NCBI GenBank assembly: GCA_028826165.1
Contig: JAPDFW010000066.1
Location: 448,275 to 512,274 of the forward strand
Direction of reading: 5' to 3'
Source of the DNA: Anaeramoeba ignava BMAN
Taxonomy: Eukaryota; Protista; Anaeramoebae
Length of the DNA: 64,000 nt
Below the pieces are notes generated by a model. That model saw only the letters and a list, made by a program, of their open reading frames with translations. It did no database searches and was not told where the DNA came from. A program made the position numbers and the translations under genes. Shown in pieces: positions 51,462 to 61,500 of this stretch; the first letter of the stretch is position 1; every line of letters begins with the position of its first letter.

Positions 51462-53270
51462 TTAAAAAATTAAACAATTTTCTTTGTTTTTCTCTTTTTT
51501 TCTTTTTTGATTTTGATTATTAAATTTGTTAATTAATAAATCAAATAAATTTGGTTTTGTTTGATTTAATTGAAAATAATCAATTCCAATTTTAATTTCA
51601 TCAATTATTTCTTGTGTAATTTGAATTTCATCTTTAATTTGATTTGAATAAATCCAATATTCAAATATTTGGAATGATTTATTACTTAATTCACTATAAT
51701 CTGTAACTTTATTAGAAGTATCTTCTGTAACAGATAAAAACATTCCTCGATATAATTCACTTCTCATTATTAATATTAATTTTGGAAATTTATATTGTTT
51801 TTCTTTTCTTTCAATTATAAAATCTTTTTCATTTTCATTTTCATTTAAATAAATTCTTTTAATTGTTTCTTCAATTTTTTCATTTGAATTTATAATTTCT
51901 TTAATTTCAAAATATAATTTTGGATTTATTTTGGAATTATTTGAATAAATCATTTCAAATATTTGATTTGATTCTTTAATTGATTTTTTTGAAATAATTT
52001 CTTTAAGTTTTTCAATTTCATTTTGATTTTGATTTAATCTATATTTCAATATTAATTTATGAGCTTCAATTATTTCTCCATTTTCTGTTTTAAATGAAAT
52101 ATTACAAAATTCTTTTCTTCTAAATAATTTTATCAAATCTTCTTCAAGATTGGAAAAAGAAAGAGGAGAATAATAAAGAAATGATTTATAAACTCCACAA
52201 GAAAGATGATAATTAAAAATATTTTCATTAAATTTTAATTTAGGAAGTTCAATTTGAATTGGAAATGATTGATCTTTTGTATCTCCAGTTCCTAATTGAC
52301 CATAGAAATTATATCCAAATACTATCAATTTTGAATTAGATGTTAAAATCAAAGTATGTGAACCACCAACAGGAAAATCAATAATGTTATCATCATTCTC
52401 AAATAAAGATGATTTGATTTCAGTAAATTCATAAGTATCTCCATTTTTGCCAAGTCCATTATATCTATAATCTCCACATGAATAAAGTTTTCTTTTTGGA
52501 TTTTCATTTTCAATCAACATTATTGAATGACAATTTCCACATTGAATATCAATTATTTTGCCTTTTGGAATATTTTGGATTTTGGTTAATTTTTGGATTT
52601 TATCTTCTTTTATTGATTCTCCTAATCCAAGTTGACCAAATCTATTATCTCCGCATCCAAATAATTCTTGATTTGAATTTAAAAGAAAAGCATGATAAGA
52701 AGAATTTCCTAAAAATATTTTAGAAACATTTTTCATCATTAAAATTGGTTTTTCTGTTTTTTCAAGTATTTCAGAATTAAAACCAAGTTGACCGTAATAA
52801 TTTGAACCAATTCCATAAGCATTTTGATTTGAAGTTAATAAATAAATTGAACTGTATCCAGAAACAATATCTTGAATTATTCTATCATTTGTATCTTCAA
52901 TTAATGATGAAATATTGATAAATTCATTTGGATTATTTGGATTAATATCTTTTCCTTTGGCAAATACATTTCCTTCTATTGTTAAAATAGCTTCATTGTG
53001 AAAACCAACAGTTACTTTTTGAATATTTTCAATTTGGATTTTTGAAGGATTTTGATTTGAATATTCTTCATTTAAATATTCTATTGCTTTTCCATTTTTA
53101 AAAAGGAAAATTGTTGAAAAAAAACTTGTTGAAATTTGTTTAATTTGCTTTTCATTTTCATTTTCATTTTCATTTTCAAATTTAAATTGAATTGGTTTTT
53201 TGATTATTTTTGGTTTATTTTTGATAAGTTTTGGATATTGATTCCAACCAAAAAATATAATTTCATTCAT
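51462..53270 (-). CDS. RCC1-repeat + BTB-like protein with polybasic-CaaX (CLIF) end
   Basis: Tandem paralog with the same motifs. Confidence 0.9.
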   Translation of the reverse strand: MNEIIFFGWNQYPKLIKNKPKIIKKPIQFKFENENENENEKQIKQISTSFFSTIFLFKNGKAIEYLNEEYSNQNPSKIQIENIQKVTVGFHNEAILTIEGNVFAKGKDINPNNPNEFINISSLIEDTNDRIIQDIVSGYSSIYLLTSNQNAYGIGSNYYGQLGFNSEILEKTEKPILMMKNVSKIFLGNSSYHAFLLNSNQELFGCGDNRFGQLGLGESIKEDKIQKLTKIQNIPKGKIIDIQCGNCHSIMLIENENPKRKLYSCGDYRYNGLGKNGDTYEFTEIKSSLFENDDNIIDFPVGGSHTLILTSNSKLIVFGYNFYGQLGTGDTKDQSFPIQIELPKLKFNENIFNYHLSCGVYKSFLYYSPLSFSNLEEDLIKLFRRKEFCNISFKTENGEIIEAHKLILKYRLNQNQNEIEKLKEIISKKSIKESNQIFEMIYSNNSKINPKLYFEIKEIINSNEKIEETIKRIYLNENENEKDFIIERKEKQYKFPKLILIMRSELYRGMFLSVTEDTSNKVTDYSELSNKSFQIFEYWIYSNQIKDEIQITQEIIDEIKIGIDYFQLNQTKPNLFDLLINKFNNQNQKRKKEKNKENCLIF

Positions 53271-53350
53271 TTTTGAAAAGAAAAGAAAAAAAATGAAAAA
53301 ATAAATTTTGGAATTTTGATTTTGATTTTAATTTTGTTTTGATTTTAATT

Positions 53351-55132
53351 TTAATTTTGATTATTAAATTTGTTAATTAATAAATCAAATAAATTTGGAT
53401 TTGTTTGATTTAATTGAAAATAATCAATTCCAATTTTAATTTCATTAATGATTTCTTGTGTAATTTGAATTCCATCTTTAATTTGATTTGAATAAATCCA
53501 ATATTCAAATATTTCAAATGATTTATTATTTAATTCACTATAATCTGTAACTTTATTAGAAGTATCTTCAGTTACAGATAAAAACATTCCTAGATATAAT
53601 TCACTTCTCATTATTAATATTAATTTAGGAAATTTATATTGTTTTTCTTTTCTTTCAATTATAAAATCTTTTTCATTTTCATTTTCATTTAAATAAATTC
53701 TTTTCATTGTTTCTTCAATTTTTTCATTTGAATTTATAATTTCTTTAATTTCTGAATATAATTTTGGATTTATTTTGGGATTGTTTGAATAAATCATTTC
53801 AAATATTTGATTTGATTCTTTAATTGATTTTTTTGAAATAATTTCTTGAAGTTTTTCAATTTCATTTTCATCTTTTAATCTATATTTCAATATTAATTTA
53901 TGAGCTTTGATTATTTCTCCATTTTCTGTTTTAAATGAAATATCACAAAATTCTTTTCTTCTAAATAATTTTATCAAATCTTCTTCAAGATTGGAAAAAG
54001 GAGAAGGAGAATAATAAAGAAATGATTTATAAGATCCACAAGAAATATGATAATTGGAAATATCTTCATTAAATCTTATTTCAGGAAATTTAATTTGAAT
54101 TGGAAATGTTTGATCTCCTGTATATATACTTCCTGATTGACCATAAAAATTATTTCCAAATACTATCAATTTTGAATTAGAGGTTAAAATCAAAGTATGA
54201 TTATATCCAATAGAAAAATCAATAATATTATCATCATTTTTAACTAAAGATTTGATTTCAGTAAATTCATAAGTATCTAGATCTTTATCAAGTCCATTAA
54301 CTTCCCAACTTCCACATGAATAAAATTTTCTTTTTGGATTTTCATTTTGATTTTCAATCAACATTATTGAATGAGACTTTCCACATTTGATATCAATTAT
54401 TTTACCTTTTGGAATATTTTGGATTTTGGTTAATTTTTGGATTTTCTTCTCTTCTTTTCTTTTTGATTCATTTAATCCAAGTTGGCCAGAATAATTCCAT
54501 CCGCATCCAAATAATTCTTGTTTTGAATTTAAAAGAAAAGCATGATAAGAAGAATTTCCTGAAAATATTTTAGAAACATTTTTCATCATTAAAATTGGTT
54601 TTTGTGTTTCTATTAATTTTTTAGAACCAAGTTGGCTAAGATGATTTGCACCAATTCCATAAGCATTGTGTTTTAAAGTTAATAAGTAAATTGAATTAGC
54701 TCCAGAAACAACATCTTGAATTATTCTATCTTTTTTATTTTTGATTAATGATGAAATATTGATAAATTGTTTTGGATAATTTGGAATTTTTGGATTAATA
54801 TATTCTCCTTTTGCAAATACATTTCCTTCTATTGTTAAAATAGCTTCATTTTCAGAACCAACAGTTACTTTTTGAATATTTTCTTCAATTTGGATTTTTT
54901 GAATATTTTTTCTTGAATATTTTTCATTTAAATATTCTATTGCTTTTCCATTTTTAAAAAGGAAAATTGTTCCAAAATAACCTGTTGAAATTTGTTCAAT
55001 TTGTTTTTCATTTTCATTTTCATTTTCATTTTCAAATTCAAATTTGAATTGAATTGGTTTTCTTATTTTTTCTGGTTCATTTTCAATAAGAACTGGGTGT
55101 TTATTCCAACCAAAAAATAAAATATCATTCAT
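53351..55132 (-). CDS. RCC1-repeat + BTB-like protein lacking CaaX
   Basis: Tandem paralog; ends NNQN*. Confidence 0.9.
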   Translation of the reverse strand: MNDILFFGWNKHPVLIENEPEKIRKPIQFKFEFENENENENEKQIEQISTGYFGTIFLFKNGKAIEYLNEKYSRKNIQKIQIEENIQKVTVGSENEAILTIEGNVFAKGEYINPKIPNYPKQFINISSLIKNKKDRIIQDVVSGANSIYLLTLKHNAYGIGANHLSQLGSKKLIETQKPILMMKNVSKIFSGNSSYHAFLLNSKQELFGCGWNYSGQLGLNESKRKEEKKIQKLTKIQNIPKGKIIDIKCGKSHSIMLIENQNENPKRKFYSCGSWEVNGLDKDLDTYEFTEIKSLVKNDDNIIDFSIGYNHTLILTSNSKLIVFGNNFYGQSGSIYTGDQTFPIQIKFPEIRFNEDISNYHISCGSYKSFLYYSPSPFSNLEEDLIKLFRRKEFCDISFKTENGEIIKAHKLILKYRLKDENEIEKLQEIISKKSIKESNQIFEMIYSNNPKINPKLYSEIKEIINSNEKIEETMKRIYLNENENEKDFIIERKEKQYKFPKLILIMRSELYLGMFLSVTEDTSNKVTDYSELNNKSFEIFEYWIYSNQIKDGIQITQEIINEIKIGIDYFQLNQTNPNLFDLLINKFNNQN

Positions 55133-55337
55133 TTTTAAAAAGAAAAAAATGAAAAAAAAAATTTTTTTTGCTTTTTAATTTTAAAAAGGGAATTTGAATT
55201 GAATTTTGATCATTTTCTTAATTTATTTATTAATAAAGAATTTAAATTTAATTTTAATTAATTTCTATTAACAATTTTAATTTTTATTTATCATTTCACA
55301 ACAAAAAAAAATATTTGATCAAATTTTGTTTTTTTTT

Positions 55338-57030
55338 AAAATATTTAAATCTAAAACAATAAAATATAAATTGAATAATAAAATTAAATATTAAATTATA
55401 TTTTTAAATTAATTTATTGATTAAATATTAATTAATTATATTCTTATTTTTTATATTTATATGTTAAATAATGAAATAATAAAATATTTAAATCTAAAAC
55501 AATAAAATATAATTTTAATAATAAAATTAAATATTAAATTATATTTTTAAATTGATTTATAAATTAAATGTTAATTAATTATATTCTTATTTTTTTATAT
55601 TTATATGTTAAATAATAAAATAATAAAAATATTTAAATCTAAAAACAATAAAATATAATTTTAATAATAAAATTAAATATTAAATTATATTTTTAAATTG
55701 ATTTATAAATTAAATATTAATTAATTATATTCTTATTTTTATATTTATATGTTAAATAATAAAATAATAAAATATTTAAATCTAAAACATTAAAATATTA
55801 TTTTAATAATAAAATTAAATATTAAATTATATTTTTAAATTAATTTATAAATTAAATATTAATTAATTATATTCTTATTTTTATATTTTTATGTTAAATG
55901 TTGAAATAATAAAATATTTAAATCTAAAAACAATAAATTATAAATTTAATAATAAAATTAAATATTAAATTATATTTTTAAATTGATTTATAAATTAAAT
56001 GTTAATTAATTATATTCTTATTATTTATATTTATATTTTAAATAATGAAATAATAAAATAATTAAATCTAAAACATTAAATTATAATTTTAATAATAAAA
56101 TTAAATATTAAATTATATTTTTAAATTGATTTATAAATTAAATATTAATTAATTATATTCTTATTATTAATATTTATATGTTAAATAATGAAATAATAAA
56201 ATATTTAAATCTAAAACAATAAAATATAATTTTAATAATAAAAATAAATATTAAATTATATTTTTAAATTGATTTATAAATTAAATATTAATTAATTATA
56301 TTCTTATTTTTATATTTATATGTTAAATAATAAAATAATAAAATATTTAAATCTAAAACATTAAAATATTATTTTAATAATAAAATTAAATATTAAATTA
56401 TATTTTTAAATTAATTTATAAATTAAATATTAATTAATTATATTCTTATTTTTATATTTATATGTTAAATGTTTAAATAAGAAAATATTTAAATCTAAAA
56501 CAATAAATTATAAATTTAATAATAAAATTAAATATTAAATTATATTTTTAAATTGATTTATTGATTAAATATTAATTAATTATATTCTTATTTTTATATT
56601 TTTATTTTAAATAATGAAATAATAAAATAATTAAATCTAAAACATTAAATTATAATTTTAATAATAAAATTAAATATTAAATTATATTTTTAAATTAATT
56701 TATAAATTAAATATTAATTAATTATATTCTTATTTTTATATTTTTATGTTAAATGTTTAAATAATAAAATATTTAAATCTAAAACATTAAATTATAATTT
56801 TAATAATAAAATTAAATATTAAATTATATTTTTAAATTGATTTATTGATTAAATGTTAATTAATTATATTCTTATTTTTTATATTTTTATTTTAAATAAT
56901 GAAATAAGAAAATATTTAAAACTAAAACAATAAATTATAAATTGAATAATAAAATTAAATATTAAATTATATTTCTAAATTGATTTATAAATTAAATGTT
57001 AATTAATTATATTCTTATTTTTTATATTTT
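55338..57030. repeat. Tandem satellite, ~143-bp unit x ~12, almost pure A/T
   Basis: The marker AAATCTAAAAC recurs at ~55348, 55491, 55636, 55778, 55920, 56063, 56207, 56349, 56491, 56633 and 56775, with a variant at 56918. Confidence 0.92.
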
Positions 57031-57079
57031 TTAAATAAAATATTTTTTTTATTATTAATTAATTGAGAATGACAGTGTA

Positions 57080-57087
57080 TGACGTAA
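57080..57087 (+). promoter_or_regulatory. CRE/ATF-like site TGACGTAA upstream of the bZIP gene
   Basis: Rare CpG-containing motif in AT-only surroundings, ~270 bp upstream of the ATG. Confidence 0.4.
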
Positions 57088-57351
57088 TTCAATTTTATTA
57101 TAAAATAGAGAACTAAAAAAATTAAAAAAAAAAGAAATAAAAAAATTTTCATTTTTCATTTTAATATTTTTTTTTCTTTCAATTTGCAAAAAAAAATAAT
57201 AACTTTTTTTTTTAACAAAAAAAACAAAAACAAAAACAAAAACGAAAACGAAACAAATTTAAAATTTAATTTTAATTTGTTTTTTTTTTTTAAAACAAAA
57301 AAATTTGCATTTAATTAATTGAATATAAAACAAAAACAACAACAAAAAAAA

Positions 57352-58551
57352 ATGGTTGATCGATTTTCAATAAATAACTTTGGACACTTTGATTCAATAT
57401 TCAGTGATATTGACACTTCATTTGGAAACGAAATTGATTTTTTTGGAAATGAATATAAAGAAGAAAACATTTCTGAAGAATTCAATCTATTTTTCGTATC
57501 AAATTTTGGAGTTAATACACTTAATGAAGAGAATATTGAACAAAAAGATTCAAAGGAATTGTTTCCAAAAGAAAATGACAAGCAAGAAGTTTTAAAAGAA
57601 AATGACAAGCAAGAAGTTTTAAAAGAAAATGACAAGCAAAATTCTAATAATAAAAATAATAAAAATAATAAGAATAATAAAAATAATAAGAAAAATAACA
57701 AGTCTTCAAAAAACTGTCGAAAAACGAAAAAACGAAAACAAAAAAATTCAAATCAAAATTCAAGTCAAAATTCAAATGACAAAGATCCTGTCATTGAAAA
57801 ATATCGACGAAGACTTGAGCTGAATAGAGTTAACGCCAAAAAATCACGCGAAAGGAAAAAACTATACGTACAAAATCTGGAATCCACTGTTAGTTCTTTA
57901 AAAGATGAACGAAATGATTTGAAATCAAAATTGGAACAAATTAACGAAAAAAACGAAAAATTAAAAAACGAAGCAGATTCTTTGAGACAAAAACTGCAAA
58001 CGATGATCCAAACCGAGCAAAAACCAAACGATCCTTCATTCACGTTCTTTTCCATATTGTCTTATATTGGAGCACTTCCCAAATTTGATAAAAACAAAGC
58101 AAATCAAAACTTAAAAAGCGAAGAAGACAATTTACAAAAAAACAAGTCAAGCGAATCACAAGAACCAAAACAACGATACTCAGTACGATCTCAAGCAAGA
58201 TACAACAATCTCTCAAATACTCAAAATATCGGTGTTGCTTTGTTTGTATTTTTTATTGCTTTTGGCTTTTTTTTCAAAAGAGGATTTTTTTACTTCCGCC
58301 AAAAGACGACTGAACAAATTATGTTTTCTTTAATATTTTTTGAAGATAATTTTAGCCATTTTGTTTCTCAAGTTCATGACAAGTTTGTTTTAATGGACAA
58401 TCAAACTGAAAAGTTGTCTTTCTGCCCAAAAAATGAACTCATCATTCTTCCAATTATTGAACCTATTACAACAACTACAACAACTACTACAACAACAACT
58501 ACAACTGAAACAATTCCTTTGAATCACAAAATTTTAATCAACGCAAATTAA
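57352..58551 (+). CDS. Membrane-anchored bZIP transcription factor (ATF6/CREB3-like)
   Basis: RRRLELNRVNAKKSRERKKLYVQNLE + leucine zipper; hydrophobic segment IGVALFVFFIAFGFFF. First ATG at 57352. Confidence 0.85.
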   Translation: MVDRFSINNFGHFDSIFSDIDTSFGNEIDFFGNEYKEENISEEFNLFFVSNFGVNTLNEENIEQKDSKELFPKENDKQEVLKENDKQEVLKENDKQNSNNKNNKNNKNNKNNKKNNKSSKNCRKTKKRKQKNSNQNSSQNSNDKDPVIEKYRRRLELNRVNAKKSRERKKLYVQNLESTVSSLKDERNDLKSKLEQINEKNEKLKNEADSLRQKLQTMIQTEQKPNDPSFTFFSILSYIGALPKFDKNKANQNLKSEEDNLQKNKSSESQEPKQRYSVRSQARYNNLSNTQNIGVALFVFFIAFGFFFKRGFFYFRQKTTEQIMFSLIFFEDNFSHFVSQVHDKFVLMDNQTEKLSFCPKNELIILPIIEPITTTTTTTTTTTTTETIPLNHKILINAN

Positions 58552-58586
58552 GGAAATTTTTTCTTTTCTTCATTTTCAAAATTTAA

Positions 58587-61500
58587 AGCCTTCCCCGCAA
58601 GCAAAAATATTTTGTCATTTTTTCCCCTTTTGAAGTGACAGCTGTCACTTTGAAAAAAAAATAAAAAAAAATAAAAAATTTGATTTTTCCCCTTTTTATT
58701 AAAAAAAATAATTAAAGAATAGATTAAAAAAATATCAATTTTTTCTATTTGGAAAAAGAAAAAGAAATACTACTTTTTTTTTATTTGGGACAATCTCCAT
58801 AATTTCATAATCCAAAACTTTTCAAACAAATTTTTATCTTTTGGAAAATTTTGTTGAATATTTCTTCATTTTGGTTCTTTTTTCTATTCTGTTTCATACA
58901 ACTGAACTTGATTATTGAGAAAGAAATTGATGAGAAAAATTCAATTAATGATATGAATAAGAAATTTATGAGAATTCAAAAGATAATTGTTTTGATCAAT
59001 TTTTCAAATTTTTTCTTTTTTCATTTTGAAATATATTAATTTTAACTGAATCCAATACAAAATTCAATTATTTCCTTCAACAAAAATTCTTTATTTTTTC
59101 TTTGTAAAAGATTTTGAAAAATAAAAGATGTGAAAAATGATTTGAAAAAAAATCAATTTAACGTTTAAAAATTAGAGAGATTCATCAAAAAAGAAAAAAT
59201 GAATTGTGCCGATATTTTTTGGGGTGATTTTGTATTATATCTTGAATGAATTCTGGTGATTTGAATAATAATTGAATTCTGGTTGATTTACAAATACATT
59301 TTAGGATCATGAATCTAAATCTGACAGCAAGTGAATGGTTGATAATTTCCACTGCTTTTTCAATAGGAATTTTAATAGTGAAAATCAACCATAAAAAAAG
59401 TAGTACTGAATTCCCGCATTGGGCACCATCTTCTTGGATTTTTTTCTTGACTAGTTCTTCAATTTCATAATTTTCATTTATGCGCCATTTAATATACTGT
59501 TTTATATGATTTCCCATATCTTCTACTTCCTTTTTTGCATATTTTGGAATAGTGTTATATAAATAGATTTTATGAAATTGTTTATCAATCAAAAAACACA
59601 CATAATGATGATTAGTCAAATATATTATTGGTATAATATCTAAAGGTTCCTTTTCATCCCATTTCATCAATCTTTCGCATTCTTCAAAATTAAATAATAT
59701 TGTTCTTAATTGCTTCCAACCATCCACTCCTTTCTCAAATTCTATTAACGATTCAAACAATTCAATTTGGTTTCTGAGTTCTGGAGACATCAACCAATTA
59801 GAAAAAGACATCTATTTTGTTCATTCTCGGTCGATTTTCAACGAAATTGTTGAAATGGTCAATCAATTTGGGATAACTTTTTTTTGAAGCTTCTAAAAAT
59901 TTATCAAAATCTTCATAAATTTGATTTCTTCTGTTTTTGAATGCTTGAAAATCTTTGTATTCTTGATGTAATTTTTGGATCGTGGGTTCAAAATCTAATC
60001 TGGTAAATTCTACATCATTTTGATATTGAGGATATAAAAAATTTACTAATCCAATAGACAAATCTTGAGACTCCAGCATTTGCTCTAAGTCCCATCTTTT
60101 CCACCATGATCCTTGTATCCCACTTGGAAGATACAGATTAATGGGGTTATCAATTAAATCATTCAGAAATCTCTTTATTTCTTCTCTTTTGTTGTGTATA
60201 TAATCTTCCTCAAGGAGTTGAATTTCTCTGGGTTTGGGAAGTTGAATATTTTGGATAGCATTATGATTGTTTGTTTTTGTTTGAATGGGAACGTCATTTT
60301 TATTATCGATTTTACTTTTTCTTGATAACAATGAAGGATTTTGATTGGAAAAAATGTGCAAATCATGTATATTGGGACATGAGTTCTCTGTTTCCTTTTG
60401 AGTTTGTTTATGAGTTTCTTTTGGATTTAACATCTCCAAAGCATCTTTGAAATGGATTTGAAATGTAGGAAGCAAGGAATAGTTTTCAAAATCAAACAAA
60501 TTGGGTTGAATCTTACTTAATAAAAATGTTGAGATCAAGTTTTTGTTTTTAAACTTGCTTCTTTTTGGTGACTTTCTACTTCTTTTTTTTTCTTTTTGAG
60601 GAGGGACAATTTCTTCTGAGCTATTTCTTTTCTTTTTTTTGATTCTTGAGAGAGTTAAATTCTTCAAATAAGATGTACTTTTTTGAAATATACCTGGTAA
60701 AGAGAGATGAAGTAATTCTTTTTGCCATTCCATATCTTTTTCTTTTTTTTGATTTTCTTGTAATACATTTTTTTCATTGAATTCAATTTCGTTTTCTTGG
60801 TTTCCTAAATTTATTTCCTTTTCATTTTCTTTTTCCTATTTTGGTTCCAATCAATGATGGCAAGTTGATAAAGAAGATTATAATTTTTAAAATGACTTAT
60901 TTTTTCGCGATAACCGTTTAAAGTGCTGAAAAAGGATTCGTTGTAGCTTGTGGATAAAAAATATCTACAAAAAATTAATTTTTTAATAATGGTGAAATCA
61001 GAAAGTATCATTTTGAAGAATGCTTCCTCCTCTTTGTTTGTAATTTTTTTATCTTCAGGATGTTTATTTTCGTTTGAATTTTCATTTTTTGTGCATGGAC
61101 TATTTTTTGGGCAAAGGGAATGATCGCCTTTAGCGTGGAGAAAATATCTAAACCATTCAGATAATAAAGTCGTCATATCGCCTTGGCAAGATTTTGCACA
61201 TCTTAGAAAATGGAAAATTATAGATTCTTTCCATGACATCAAATGTTCTTTTTTTTTTCGCATTTTCTCGCTTTCTTCTTTTGAGCGTTTCTTTTTATTT
61301 GATCCACAGAATTTGTTAACAAGTTTGTTGTATCTTCTTCGAATTGATCTAGTTACGTGCCAGGGATCTAGTAAATGCATGATATTCGGGAAACACTGTT
61401 TAACTTTAGATGAGGTATTCTGGTCATGGACCGTGGCAAGGATATTGTATTTCTCCGAAAGCTTTTGTATTCCTTTGGGAATCAAAAATCCCTCTAAACT

